Of a stretch of 64,000 bases of DNA, positions 21,410 to 34,852 are shown piece after piece (position 1 is the stretch's first letter; every line of letters starts with the position of its first letter). Origin of the DNA: an uncultured bacterium (GTDB taxonomy: Bacteria > Planctomycetota > UBA1135 > GCA-002686595); the NCBI GenBank assembly GCA_943787795.1, contig CALSNU010000001.1:1056001-1120000 (forward strand). The letters run 5' to 3'. Both the position numbers and the translations under genes were made by a program. Under the pieces are notes generated by a model. The model had not been told where the DNA came from. It saw only the letters and a program-made list of their open reading frames with translations, and did not search any database.

Positions 21410-22723
21410 TCAGGCGTACACGCCTCGGGCGGCCTCGGCCTCGGACACGCGACGCACCGCCAGGATGTGCGTGGCTGCCCGGAGGGTGCAGTCGAACTCG
21501 TCCTGGATCTCTCGGACCCCTTCCCATGCTTCGCGCATGTAGCGGCGCAGGCGGGCGGCCACGACCTCCTCCATCCAGGCGTAGCCCGTCCGGTTCTGGA
21601 TCCACTCGAAGTAGGCGAGGACCGCGCCGCCGCCGTTGGCGAGGATGTCCGGCACCACGGGGATCTCTCTCCGGATCAGGATCTTGTCTGCGCGGGGGCT
21701 GACGGGGCCGTGGGCCCCCTCGAGGATCATGCGCGCCTGGACAAACTCGGCGTTGCGAGAGTGGACGGCCATCGAGATGGCGCAGGGGGCCAGGACATCG
21801 CAGGGGAGCCGGAGGAACTCCTCCTCTGTCACCACGGTGGCCGTCCCAGTGGCCTCATCGGGGAGCCGGCCATGTGCGTGGCGGTGCTTCAGGAGCGCCG
21901 GGACGTCGAGGCCATTGGGGTCGTGGAGCGCGATGTGGACGTCGGAGAGCCCGACGACCTTGTGCCCTTCCTCGTGGAGGATCCGGGCCAGGTTACCGCC
22001 CACGACGCCCGCACCCTGGATGACCACGGAGAGGCCCCCGACGGGCCCGAGCCCGAAGTGGGCGGAGGCGAGGCGCAGGATCACGTGCAGCCCCCGGGCC
22101 ACGGCGTCCTCCTGATTGGCACTGCCGCCCATCTCCGGGGGCTTGCCGCTCACCGCCGAGTTGGCGGCGCCGTCCGTGTGCCCGGCCAGGGTGTCGAGCG
22201 CCCAGGCCATGAGGTCTGTGTCATCGGCGAACTCCGGCGTCAGCACGTCCCGGTCGGGGCCGAGGGTCCCGATCAGGTTGGCGGTCCAGCGGCGGACGGC
22301 GCGCTCGAGCTCGGAGTGGCTGAGCTGGCTGCGGTCCGCGGCGATCCCACCAGCGGCCCCGCCGAACGGGATGCCGAGGAGCGCGCACTTCCAGGTCATC
22401 CAGGCCGCGAGGGCGCGCAGCTCGGTGAGCTTGAGGTTGCCGTCCACGCGGAGCGGGCCGTGGAAGGGGCCGAGCCCCGCGTTGTGCTGGATCCGGTAGC
22501 CATCGAACAGCTGGATCGAGCCGTCGTCCATCTGGACGGGCACCGACACCGCGATCTCGCGGTCGGACTTGCGGAGGATCTTGTACTCCTGCTCGTCGAG
22601 GCCAATCCGGCGGGCGGCCTCGTCGAAGTTGGCCATCATCGTCCGGAAGGGCGTCTCCTCGTCGAGCTGGGGCGTGCTCGGAAACCCACCCTCGTGGAGC
22701 TCGGCGTCTTGCTCTGAAGCCAT
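21410..22723 (-). CDS. Glu/Leu/Phe/Val dehydrogenase paralog with degenerate active site (probable non-catalytic regulatory subunit)
   Basis: Full-length GDH fold (MTWKC, QGAGVVG, EGAHGP, VPDILANGG, YFEW.QN) but GPFHGPLR, GGAAGG and DVLTPE replace GPxKGGIR, GGGKGG and DVPAPD. Confidence 0.88.
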   Translation of the reverse strand: MASEQDAELHEGGFPSTPQLDEETPFRTMMANFDEAARRIGLDEQEYKILRKSDREIAVSVPVQMDDGSIQLFDGYRIQHNAGLGPFHGPLRVDGNLKLTELRALAAWMTWKCALLGIPFGGAAGGIAADRSQLSHSELERAVRRWTANLIGTLGPDRDVLTPEFADDTDLMAWALDTLAGHTDGAANSAVSGKPPEMGGSANQEDAVARGLHVILRLASAHFGLGPVGGLSVVIQGAGVVGGNLARILHEEGHKVVGLSDVHIALHDPNGLDVPALLKHRHAHGRLPDEATGTATVVTEEEFLRLPCDVLAPCAISMAVHSRNAEFVQARMILEGAHGPVSPRADKILIRREIPVVPDILANGGGAVLAYFEWIQNRTGYAWMEEVVAARLRRYMREAWEGVREIQDEFDCTLRAATHILAVRRVSEAEAARGVYA

Positions 22724-22730
22724 GGCGCGA

Positions 22731-24017
<1,287 letters not shown>

Positions 24018-24253
24018 GGACGCAGGCGGATCGGAGGACGCTTGGCGGCTCACGACCCTTTGATGGGGAGAGGTCCTGATCGGGAGGGGATCAGCCGGTG
24101 GCGGGTGCGTGCAAGACGACGCCCGCGTGAACGGCTCAGTGCCATTCGAGCGATCGGCCACCGGCCGTGGAACCCTATACCGAAGAAATTGAGCGGCCCT
24201 CGATATGGGAGTTCCGGTTGACGAGCCGTGCCCTGTCCGGCTCCGATGCACGG

Positions 24254-25123
24254 ATGGCCTCTCGCCCCGACCCCGACCGACTCGCTGCCGACCTCCGGGT
24301 GGTCGGCCAGGACGGCGCGCCGGCCGCCGGGGCTGTGGGGGGCTGGTCTCGCGAGGGGATCCTGGAGGCTCTGTTGGCGGAGCCCACCGACACCTGGCGG
24401 ACCATTCCTGGGCGGGTCACGTTTCCCTGGCGCCAGGGAAACGCCGATCCGGGCGGCCGTGGCTTCGTCATCAAGCGCTTTGACACCGCCAGGGGCCTCC
24501 GGGGGCGGTGGGCCGCGGATCCTGCGAGGCGGGAGTTCGAGGCCCTCAGGCGCCTCCGAGACCTAGGGCTCCCGGTCCCCGAGCCGGTCCTCCACGCCCA
24601 GAGCGCCAGCCTGGGCCGGTCCATGTTGATCATGGATGAGGTGCGCCACACTCGCTCCCTTCGTCAGGCCATCGCTGCCGACGACGACCCGCTGGCGAGG
24701 GCTCACGCCGAGGGCGTCCGCCTGGCGGCCCTGGTTGGGGAGCTCCACGGGTCGGGCTGGTACCACCGTGATCTCTATCTCCAGCACGTGGTGCAGCGTG
24801 AAGGCGACGGTGCGCTCGTCCTCCTGGACCTTGGTCGGGCACGACACCAGCGGCAGCCGAGGCCGCGGTGGTTCCACAAGGACCTCGCCGCCCTGCACGT
24901 GTCCGCCGGTGCGGACTATCGAGACGCGCTGCTGGGCGCGCTGCTGCCCGAGTATTTCAGGGCGCGCCAGCTGCCGGTGGCGGACCTGGCCGCCTGGGAG
25001 CGGGCCATCCTGCGCCGCTCAGCGCGGGTCGGCGCCCGGATCCCCCGGCATGGGGACCCGGGCACCCGTGAGGGGGAGACCGTGGAGGGCGAGGTCGATG
25101 GCCGCTTCCTCTCCGGCGGCTGA
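24254..25123 (+). CDS. Lipopolysaccharide kinase (Kdo/WaaP/InaA) family protein
   Basis: IKRF, A.REF..L..L...GLPVP.P, LH.SG.YHRDLY..H, LLDLG, KDLAAL. Confidence 0.8.
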   Translation: MASRPDPDRLAADLRVVGQDGAPAAGAVGGWSREGILEALLAEPTDTWRTIPGRVTFPWRQGNADPGGRGFVIKRFDTARGLRGRWAADPARREFEALRRLRDLGLPVPEPVLHAQSASLGRSMLIMDEVRHTRSLRQAIAADDDPLARAHAEGVRLAALVGELHGSGWYHRDLYLQHVVQREGDGALVLLDLGRARHQRQPRPRWFHKDLAALHVSAGADYRDALLGALLPEYFRARQLPVADLAAWERAILRRSARVGARIPRHGDPGTREGETVEGEVDGRFLSGG

Positions 25124-25125
25124 GG

Positions 25126-25920
25126 TCACTGGGCGGGCTGGAGGGGGCGGACCCAGATGTTCCGGAACGCGATCGGGTTCCCGTGGTCCTGCAGCTGAAT
25201 CGGCCCGGTCGGGCCGTGGGCCGAGTACTTGGCGAGCGCCCGGTGCCCGGTGGCGCCGTCCATGGCCCTGCCGTGGTGGACGCAGAGGCCGTTGTGGAAC
25301 ACGGTGGCCATGGCAGGGGACTGCAGCTCGCCGTCGTCGGTGAAGCGGGGCGCCTGGAAGCAGATGTCATAGGTCTGCCACTCACCGGCGGGGCGGCAGG
25401 CGTTCACCATCGGAGGCTCCTGGCCGTAGAGGGCGGCGGTCATCCCGTCGGGGTAGGTCTGGTTCTCGAAGCAGTCGAGGACCTGGATCTCGTAGCGCCC
25501 GAAGAAGAAGACCCCGGAGTTCCCTCGGCCCTGGCCCCCCGGGCCCTTGGCGTCGCCGTAGGTCGGGGCCTTCCACTCGAGGTGCAGCTGGCAGTCCCCG
25601 AACTGCTCCTTGGAGCGGATAGCGCCCTTGCCGTTGATCACCATCGCGCCGTCCTCGAGCTTCCAGGGGCCGCCGGTCCAGCTGTCCGTCGAGGTCCCGT
25701 CGAACAGGACGACCGCGTCGCTGGGCGCCGTCGAGGCGACCCCGGCGGCCCCCGGGGTCACCACCTTCGGCTGCGGGCGGAGCCCGTCGTGGACGTGCCA
25801 CCGGGTGCCGGGCAGCACCGGGGTGTCCTGGTAGCCGAGCATGTCGTCCTGGCTCTGGATGGCGAAGAAGGTCGTCGCCGAGGCGAGGAGAGCTGTGAGG
25901 GCCTTGGAGCAGTGCAGCAT
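25126..25920 (-). CDS. Secreted DUF1080 (3-keto-disaccharide hydrolase) family protein
   Basis: PSDAVVLFDG, FGDCQLHLEW, GQGRGNSGV, YEIQVLD, GEWQTYDI.F.APRF, LQDHGNP..FRNIW; signal peptide. Confidence 0.9.
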   Translation of the reverse strand: MLHCSKALTALLASATTFFAIQSQDDMLGYQDTPVLPGTRWHVHDGLRPQPKVVTPGAAGVASTAPSDAVVLFDGTSTDSWTGGPWKLEDGAMVINGKGAIRSKEQFGDCQLHLEWKAPTYGDAKGPGGQGRGNSGVFFFGRYEIQVLDCFENQTYPDGMTAALYGQEPPMVNACRPAGEWQTYDICFQAPRFTDDGELQSPAMATVFHNGLCVHHGRAMDGATGHRALAKYSAHGPTGPIQLQDHGNPIAFRNIWVRPLQPAQ

Positions 25921-26056
25921 CGGAGGGGGTTGCTGGAGGGTGTTGAATCCTGGGGGAGTGAACCGCAGGCGGAATGGGTCTGGCCTATCCTCTGCAACGC
26001 GCCAGCTTCCGCAAGGCGCAGCTTCCAAGGACTCCAGCGACGCGACACGACCACCC

Positions 26057-26911
26057 ATGACCCAGGCAAGCTCCCACGCCCCCTCCTCCGCGGGCTCCGT
26101 GGCCGACCAGTTCCCCAGCGACGTCCCCGTCGAGCCCGGGCTGGTCTCCATGACCCGCGACGGCGACCTCGTTCGGCTCCGCCTCGAGCGCCCCGAGGTC
26201 ATGAATTGCCTGTCGTTCCCGACGCTGCGGCGCTTCCGGACGCTCCTCGAGGAGCTCAGGGGGGACCTCTCCATCCGCTGCATCCTGATCTCGGGCGCGG
26301 GGGAGCGGGCCTTCTGCGCTGGCGCGGATCTCAAGGAGCGCAAGACCATGCCCGCGGAGCGGGTGCCGGACTTCGTGCGCAACATCCGTGGGCTCATGGA
26401 CGACGTGGCGTCCATGCCGCAGCCGACCGTGGCGGTGGTCCAGGGCTTCGCGTTCGGGGGCGGGACGGAGCTCATGCTGGCCTGTGACCTCCGCGTCGCG
26501 GCCGAGGAGGCCATGTTTGGCCTGACCGAGACCACGCTGGCCATCATCCCTGGCGCAGGTGGGACCCAGCGCTTGCCCCGCCTCATCGGCGCCAGTCGAG
26601 CCAAGGACCTGATCCTCACTGGGCGCAAGATCGGGGCTGCAGAGGCCGAGCAGATCGGTCTGGTGAACCGGGTGGCGCCGCGCGAGTCACTGGACGAGGC
26701 CGCCCTGGAGCTCGCCGAGACGATCGCCGCCAACGGCCCCGTCGCGGTCCGTGCGGCCAAGGAGGCCATCGACGTCGGGACGGAGGCGCCGATCGGTGAA
26801 GGCCTCGAGATCGAGGCGCTCTGCTACCAGAAGGTCCTCCCGACGACGGACCGCCTCGAGGCGCTCGCGGCCTTCGCGGAGAAGCGCAAGCCGCAGTACA
26901 AGGGGTCATGA
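26057..26911 (+). CDS. Enoyl-CoA hydratase/isomerase family, methylglutaconyl-CoA hydratase (AUH/YngF)-like
   Basis: FCAGADLKER, AFGGGTEL.LACDLR, GLTETTLAIIPGAGGTQRLPRLIG, DRLEAL.AF.EKRKP.YKG. Confidence 0.88.
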   Translation: MTQASSHAPSSAGSVADQFPSDVPVEPGLVSMTRDGDLVRLRLERPEVMNCLSFPTLRRFRTLLEELRGDLSIRCILISGAGERAFCAGADLKERKTMPAERVPDFVRNIRGLMDDVASMPQPTVAVVQGFAFGGGTELMLACDLRVAAEEAMFGLTETTLAIIPGAGGTQRLPRLIGASRAKDLILTGRKIGAAEAEQIGLVNRVAPRESLDEAALELAETIAANGPVAVRAAKEAIDVGTEAPIGEGLEIEALCYQKVLPTTDRLEALAAFAEKRKPQYKGS

Positions 26912-27134
26912 GCGGGAGGCGGCTCCGGCGCCGGGCCCTCCGAGCGCGGTACGCCTGAGCCCGCAGGGCTGGAGCGCCGGGGGCCTCCTCTGCACGGCGG
27001 ACCTTCCGAGCGCAGCCCGGCCTCTGAGCGCAGGGGGCTTCCCGGGCGCAGTGGGACTCCGAAGCCGCTGTGGGGCCCCGAAGCAGCAATGGGGCTCCCA
27101 AGCCGAGGGGCCTGACCGCCTCGTCCGTGGCGAG

Positions 27135-27620
27135 TCAGCTGGGGTCCGAGGAGGTGGGGGGGCCGGGCTCTTCTCCGGTCCACTCCTTCATCCGGTCCTG
27201 GTACCAGTCCTCGGTGGCCCGGGCGATGGCGTCGACCTGGTCGGCGGGGTGGACCTCGCCTCCTTCGCGGGAGCCGGGGCAGGTGGCGTTCACCTCCTCG
27301 GTCCACACCTTGCGGTCCAGGTTGATGTCCCAGAAGGGCCAGGTACGGCATTGAACGGGCCGGACCGCGTAGACGGTGCAGCGGCCCGAGTCGTCGAGGA
27401 ACTGGCACTTGCCGAGGCCGGGGAGCAGCGTGATCCAGCCGTCTTCCACCCGGACCTGGGTGCGGACGAACTCGACGGGGTCCATCTCCAGGTGACGCGC
27501 CATGGCGGTCACCTCCTCCTCCCGCAGGTAGACGTGGCTGTATTCGCCCCTGCTCTTGCAGCAGTTCCCGCAGGCGGTGCAGGAGAACGGTAGGCCCTCT
27601 TCGTACCAGCGCTCGCTCAT
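27135..27620 (-). CDS. YkgJ family (CxxCxxCC) Fe-S/Zn cysteine cluster protein
   Basis: FSCTACGNCC, CQFLD, C.VY.VRPVQCRTWPFW, CPG. Confidence 0.9.
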   Translation of the reverse strand: MSERWYEEGLPFSCTACGNCCKSRGEYSHVYLREEEVTAMARHLEMDPVEFVRTQVRVEDGWITLLPGLGKCQFLDDSGRCTVYAVRPVQCRTWPFWDINLDRKVWTEEVNATCPGSREGGEVHPADQVDAIARATEDWYQDRMKEWTGEEPGPPTSSDPS

Positions 27621-27838
27621 GCGGGAGACTCTAGATCGTGACTCAGGGTGGCGCAAGTATCTGTTTTAAATGGCCTTAGGTGCTGGGCCTGGTGCGGCGT
27701 GTGCGATTTTCGAACGCTAAGTTGGAGACCCGACATGGCGTGTGCGGTATCGCTCTGCGGCGCGCTGGCCCCCATGCCCAGCCCTTGCCCCGCTGCCAGC
27801 GCGCTCTTTGCCCCGCCGCCAGCGCCTACTGCCCACCA

Positions 27839-29896
<2,058 letters not shown>

Positions 29897-29918
29897 GCCG
29901 AGCGCGAAGTCCGACACC

Positions 29919-32900
29919 ATGTCAGAGACGGATCCCAACGCGGAGGACGAGTCACTCGTCGAGCTGGACCCCTCCCAGGCGGAGGCGTTCCTGGAGCGCA
30001 CGCGGTCCGCGGGTGACGATGAGCCCGCTCCGCCGGCGGTCCCGGGATTCGAGATCCTCGGGGTCCTCGGCCGGGGCGCGACTGGCGTGGTGTACCGCGC
30101 CAGGCAGGAGGCGGTGGATCGGGATGTCGCCCTGAAGGCGCTCCATCCCGAACTGGTCACGAGCTCCCGAGCGGTCAAGCGCCTCAAGCGGGAGGCGCGC
30201 CTCGCGGCGAGGCTGGCGCACCCGAGCATTATCTCCGCCATCGACATGGGCGAGGTCGACGGGGTCTGGTGGTACGCCATGGAGCTGGTGGAGGGGATCT
30301 CCCTCGGCCGCCGCATCGCCGAACGCGGCTCCCTCACGGAGCGTGAGGTCCTGCGGCTGTTCAGTCCGCTCTGCGACGCCCTCCAGCACGCCCATGAGGT
30401 GGGGGTGGTCCACCGCGACATCAAGCCCGCGAACATCCTCATCGATGGGCGCGGCCGTGCGCGGCTCGTCGACCTGGGCCTGGCGGTGGGGCAGAACGAC
30501 CCGGCGATCACTCGCACCGGGGCGACCCTCGGCACGCCCCACTACATCAGCCCCGAGCAGGCCAAGGACCCGGGACAGGCCGACATTCGAAGTGACCTCT
30601 GGTCCATCGGGGCCACCATGTACCACGCGGTCTGTGGGCGCCCGCCGTTCCAGAGAGGCGGAGAGGGCAGCGGCGGCGTGGCGGAGATCCTGGCCCGGGT
30701 GCTTCACGATCCCGTCGAGGATCCGCGGGCCCATACGCCGTCTCTCTCGCGCGACTTCTCGCTGCTGCTTCGCAAGTGCCTGACCCGGGATCCCGGCCAG
30801 CGCTATCAAGAGCCCTGGGAGCTGGTCGCTGACATCGAGCTACTCCGAGAGCGGCGCCGACTCGACCTGCGGGGGAGCCGTCTGGATCCTTACGCCTCGA
30901 GGCGGCCCAGCTGGCTCGGCGGGGCCCTCGTGGGCGCCGCCGGCGCGGCCGCAGTGGCGCTGACCTGGGCGATGACGGAGAGGCCCTGGGAGGCCCCGTT
31001 GGAGCAGGTCGCTCCCCAGTACGGCGCCGTCCTCGAGGACTGGCCCGAGCTGCTCGCGATCCGCGATGGCTTCCGCTCTTCCAGCCTGACCCTCGCGGCG
31101 GCCCTCGCTGACCTGGACGCTCTCGGCCCCGAGGACTTCACCGGGAACGGTCGCATCCTCCGGGACCAGCTCGTGGTGGACCTGAAGAGAGCCCTCGCGG
31201 AGGCGGTGTCCGGATGCCTCGTGACCGCCGCGTCGGATGTGGACCAGGCCATTCAGGGGCGCGAGTTCGACCGCGCCGCCCGGGCCTGCGGAGGGGGGCT
31301 CGACCAACGACTCCGGGGTGCCACAGGCTTCCTCGCGCTCGAACAGCTGCCGGCTGGAGCGGCCCGGCTAGGGGCGGAGGAGTGGCGTCGATCCCGGTCG
31401 GATCGGGTCCGAGAGGAGCGCCGCAGGGCGCGGGACACGGCGGCTGCTGCCCTGCGTCTCGCGTATCCCGAACGGGTGCGGGGTCGCATCGCGCGCTTGC
31501 TGAAGGAGCGCCGCTGGGCCGACGCTGACGCGTTCCTTGGCCGGACCGACGCGGAGTCGTGGCTGCGGCTCGAGGGCGTCGACCTCGACCTGCGGGGGCT
31601 CGATGCCACCGAGCGGCTGGAGGTGGCGTCCGAGATCGACTCGCTGCTCCGGAGTGACCGGTCCAACGTCCGCTATCGCATGGCCGAGGCGGTCGACGAG
31701 ATCACGGACTTCGTCGATGCCGAGTACCAGGCGGCGCTCAACGAGATTGAGGACGGGCTGGTGACGGGGCCTCGCTCCGTGGTGGACGGGCTCAACGACG
31801 CCCTCTCGGCCAAGGCGGCCACCCTGGGCCTCGATGCCGATCAGCTGACGGAGGAGTTCCGGGCGCCCTTCCTGAGCCACATCAACGAGGTGCGCGGCGC
31901 GCTCTCGGTGGCCGAAGCGGTGCGCCGTGAAGAGCTCGCCTCCATGGCCCTGGATGAGCTGGAGGCGGAGCTCGGTCCGCTCCGCAAGGAGCGCAACTAC
32001 GGGGCGGTTCGCGGCGCGCTCTCCGCGGCGCTCGCAGAGTCGTGGCGGCGCTCCACGCACGCGGCGATCCGCGCGAGGCTCCGTGAGACGGAGCTCCTTG
32101 ACATGGTGCTCGATCGCGCGGCGGTGGCCATCGAAGCGCGTGCAGGGAAGCCCTTCGAATTCCACTTCGAGCGGATCCCCGTACGGGGTCGAATCGATGC
32201 CCGCCCGGCCACTGTGGGTCGCCTTGGATTCGGCCTGACGGTCGGGCGCGAGCAGCGCATACCCGTCTACCTGACGCCCGCTCAGCGGGCGGGCGGCGAG
32301 GGGCGTTTGGTGGAGGGGACGGACATTCTGCGTCTCGCCGAGCTCCTCGACCCTGACTCGCTCTCTCCGGTGGATCGCCTCGCCGCGGCCGCGTTCTTGG
32401 CGGCAGAGGGTGACTCCGAGGCGGCGCGACGGCGGATACGCTTGCAGGACTACCCGAGCAACGAGCTGCTCCCCGCGGACCTGGAGCGGCGTGTCCGGAG
32501 GGTGACGGATGCGCGCCCCGAGCGGGCGAAGCCCCTCGCGCCGGAGCCGTTCTCTGGGGCCGCTCTGGCCGAGCCGACCGCTTCGATACCGGAGGTCTTC
32601 GGCGTCCCCAATCAGGCGTCGATCGGCCGACAGGTGCGCCTCGTCTGGGACATGGTGGAGGTCGCGGATGGAGCGCGAGACCTGGGCCTCTCGCGGCCAC
32701 TGCCGCAAGGGATCAAGCGCCTTGGAGCCTGGAGCCCTGGCCGCTGGGCTCTCGTTCCGGAGGGCCTCTCCCTCATGTCAGAGCTGGACGAGCGGGCTGA
32801 CTTCATGGGGCGAACGACCGGGCCGCACCTCGGGCTGCTGGACCCCCTCAACCTCGAGAAACCCCTGACCGTTCGGCTGCGGCTGCGACCCGGGGACCAC

Positions 32901-33281
32901 CGGCCGGAGGGGCACCTGGTGGCCGTTTCTCTGCGTGGCTACCACTTCTTGCTGGCGTGCGACCCCTTCAAGCCCAGGGCCTGGTTCGGGCCGGGTGACC
33001 TGGGGGCGCTCATCCGTCACGTCCAGGGAGGCTCCCCTGAGGCCCCCGGGACGTTCCGGGAGCGGCCCTTCAAGGGGATCGTGGACGGCGAGGAGCTGCT
33101 CATCGAGGTGAAGCTCGGCCCGTCCTCTCTGGAAGGAGCCCTCGTCAACGGCGTGGCCCTCGACTTCCCACGCTTCCTGGAGAAGCCGACGGGGGTCGAG
33201 GATGTCCTCCGCCTCCGATCGGCCAAGCCCATGACGCTGCTGGATGCGGAGCTGCGAGGTTCGCGCCGCGCGGGGCTCTGA
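29919..33281 (+). CDS. Membrane-anchored Hanks-type Ser/Thr protein kinase with large C-terminal domain
   Basis: LGRGATGVVY, VALK, HRDIKPANI, DLGLA, GTPHYISPEQ, SDLWSIG; hydrophobic helix WLGGALVGAAGAAAVALTW, then ~750 aa unknown region. Confidence 0.92.
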   Translation: MSETDPNAEDESLVELDPSQAEAFLERTRSAGDDEPAPPAVPGFEILGVLGRGATGVVYRARQEAVDRDVALKALHPELVTSSRAVKRLKREARLAARLAHPSIISAIDMGEVDGVWWYAMELVEGISLGRRIAERGSLTEREVLRLFSPLCDALQHAHEVGVVHRDIKPANILIDGRGRARLVDLGLAVGQNDPAITRTGATLGTPHYISPEQAKDPGQADIRSDLWSIGATMYHAVCGRPPFQRGGEGSGGVAEILARVLHDPVEDPRAHTPSLSRDFSLLLRKCLTRDPGQRYQEPWELVADIELLRERRRLDLRGSRLDPYASRRPSWLGGALVGAAGAAAVALTWAMTERPWEAPLEQVAPQYGAVLEDWPELLAIRDGFRSSSLTLAAALADLDALGPEDFTGNGRILRDQLVVDLKRALAEAVSGCLVTAASDVDQAIQGREFDRAARACGGGLDQRLRGATGFLALEQLPAGAARLGAEEWRRSRSDRVREERRRARDTAAAALRLAYPERVRGRIARLLKERRWADADAFLGRTDAESWLRLEGVDLDLRGLDATERLEVASEIDSLLRSDRSNVRYRMAEAVDEITDFVDAEYQAALNEIEDGLVTGPRSVVDGLNDALSAKAATLGLDADQLTEEFRAPFLSHINEVRGALSVAEAVRREELASMALDELEAELGPLRKERNYGAVRGALSAALAESWRRSTHAAIRARLRETELLDMVLDRAAVAIEARAGKPFEFHFERIPVRGRIDARPATVGRLGFGLTVGREQRIPVYLTPAQRAGGEGRLVEGTDILRLAELLDPDSLSPVDRLAAAAFLAAEGDSEAARRRIRLQDYPSNELLPADLERRVRRVTDARPERAKPLAPEPFSGAALAEPTASIPEVFGVPNQASIGRQVRLVWDMVEVADGARDLGLSRPLPQGIKRLGAWSPGRWALVPEGLSLMSELDERADFMGRTTGPHLGLLDPLNLEKPLTVRLRLRPGDHRPEGHLVAVSLRGYHFLLACDPFKPRAWFGPGDLGALIRHVQGGSPEAPGTFRERPFKGIVDGEELLIEVKLGPSSLEGALVNGVALDFPRFLEKPTGVEDVLRLRSAKPMTLLDAELRGSRRAGL

Positions 33282-33298
33282 GCAGCGCCAGGGGCGGC

Positions 33299-33346
33299 GC
33301 GCCTGCGCAGGCGCCTGCGTTGGCGCTTGCGGAGGCGCCCTCGGCG
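33299..33346. repeat. Degenerate tandem repeat, 4 x 12 bp (gcgcctgcgNNg)
   Basis: gcgcctgcgcag gcgcctgcgttg gcgcttgcggag gcgccctcggcg between convergent genes. Confidence 0.65.
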
Positions 33347-33407
33347 CGGGGTGCCGGACCCGTCAGCGACCAGGCGGTCCCTGTGGCTCCCTTCGGCCTC
33401 CCCCGCG

Positions 33408-34052
33408 TCAGCCCGGCTGGGTGAAGCGCGCGGCGACGTCCCGCGCACGCTCCATGTCCTCGGGGCGCACGAGGTCCTCGACCGCGTCCAGCGCGGCTTC
33501 GACCTCCATCGGGGCCGCGCCGCAACGGACGGCACCTCGCACGTGGCTGGCGAGCTGGCGGTCGTGGCCGGTGGCGGCGAGCATCACCACGGCGAGGAGC
33601 TCCCGGGACGAAGCGTCAAGCCCACCTCTGGACAGCACTGCGCCGTACGCATGCTCAGCCACGAGCGCTGCCAGGTCTGGATCGAGGGACTGGAGGTGCT
33701 CGCGCACCCCCTGGGCACCGTCGCCGTAAATCCGATCGAAGAGCTCGCGTCCGGCTGCAGGGGACGCCTGCGGGAAGACCGGACCGCCAGGGGTGCCAGG
33801 GGTGCCAGGGGTGCCAGGGGTAGGGCCAGGGGTAGGGCCAGGGGGGATGCCGGCATTGCGGAGATGGTCGAGCGCCGCGATCGTCCTCGGGAAGCCACAG
33901 AACAGATGGCACTGGATCAGCACCTCTCTGGCCTCCGCGGTCAGGGGGCGAGGGCCGGCCTCGGCTGCGAATTCATCCAGCGCGGACGGAAGAAAGCGGA
34001 CCACCGCGACGGCGAGCCTGAAGAGCGAGCGGGAGGACGGAGCCTTCATCAC
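33408..34052 (-). CDS. Carboxymuconolactone decarboxylase/AhpD-like family protein
   Basis: E...Q..LF.GFP, G..LF.RIYG, YG.VLSR.GLD...RELL.V..L, QL.SHV.GA...GA; overlaps psd by 4 nt. Confidence 0.82.
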   Translation of the reverse strand: MMKAPSSRSLFRLAVAVVRFLPSALDEFAAEAGPRPLTAEAREVLIQCHLFCGFPRTIAALDHLRNAGIPPGPTPGPTPGTPGTPGTPGGPVFPQASPAAGRELFDRIYGDGAQGVREHLQSLDPDLAALVAEHAYGAVLSRGGLDASSRELLAVVMLAATGHDRQLASHVRGAVRCGAAPMEVEAALDAVEDLVRPEDMERARDVAARFTQPG

Positions 34053-34852
34053 GGCCTGTGGCTGGCGAGGTCCGCGATGGGCTCGCCCATGCGGATCGTG
34101 GCGCCTTGCGCCGCGGTGGGGGTGTGGAAGCCGGGCGGCGTCACGAGGACGACGGTCGAGCCCATCTCGAAGCGGCCAAACTCCTCGCCGCGGGCGAAGG
34201 TGCGGGGGGGCTGGATCGCGCCGCGGTGGAGCGGGTCGACGCCGACCACCCGGATCCGGCCCACCACCACGGCGCCGACCAGCACCATGAAGAAGGGGCC
34301 GCGCTCGGACTCGAGGCGACAGACGACCCGCTCGTTGATCGAGAGGACCCTGCGGCGCTCGAGTACGCTGGGCTGAACGCTGTGGCGGTCCCCCGGGACG
34401 TGGACCACCTCGGTGAGCTCGGCATCCACCGGGCAGTGGATCCGGTGGTAGTCCTTCGGGCCGAGGTAGAGGGTGTACTGGTGCCCGCCATCCAGGTCCA
34501 CGTCGTCACCGACGCCGGCCAGGAGGTTGCGGATCGGGTAGAGCCGCTCCTTCGCTTCGACCACCATCCCGTTCGTCACGCGGGAGCTGGCCTGGACCAT
34601 GCAGTCCACCGGAGAGGGCAGGCGTGAGGGGTCGTCGTCCACCGACCGCGCCCCGTCGGCGAGTCGCCGGACAAAGAACGCTCCCAGGCTCGGGTAGTCC
34701 CGCGGCTGCCCCCGCATCTCGCTGAGGTCCGCGCCGGTGAAGGCGGCGTAGGCCTTGTAGAGCGGGGCCCTCAGGGGGCCGGGGACGCGCCGGTCCGCAG
34801 CCCAGCCGATGAGGAGAGAGAGCCGTCGTTTCACCTGGAGGGGAGAAGCCAT
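34049..34852 (-). CDS. psd: Phosphatidylserine decarboxylase proenzyme
   Basis: FFVRRL..G.R, SPVD, YL.P.DYHRIHCP, NERV, VGA..VG, GEEFGRFEMGSTVVL (GST self-cleavage motif). Confidence 0.93.
   Translation of the reverse strand: MASPLQVKRRLSLLIGWAADRRVPGPLRAPLYKAYAAFTGADLSEMRGQPRDYPSLGAFFVRRLADGARSVDDDPSRLPSPVDCMVQASSRVTNGMVVEAKERLYPIRNLLAGVGDDVDLDGGHQYTLYLGPKDYHRIHCPVDAELTEVVHVPGDRHSVQPSVLERRRVLSINERVVCRLESERGPFFMVLVGAVVVGRIRVVGVDPLHRGAIQPPRTFARGEEFGRFEMGSTVVLVTPPGFHTPTAAQGATIRMGEPIADLASHRP

Noticed and set aside
24110..24125. Possible sigma54 -24/-12 promoter (CGGGCGTCGTCTTGCA, minus strand) upstream of gdh
   Set aside because: GG-N10-GC spacing fits, but the match to TGGCACG is poor and such hits are frequent in GC-rich DNA
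25921..26769. N-terminal extension of the 547-aa ORF containing DUF1080
   Set aside because: Antisense to the enoyl-CoA hydratase; the signal peptide begins at 25920
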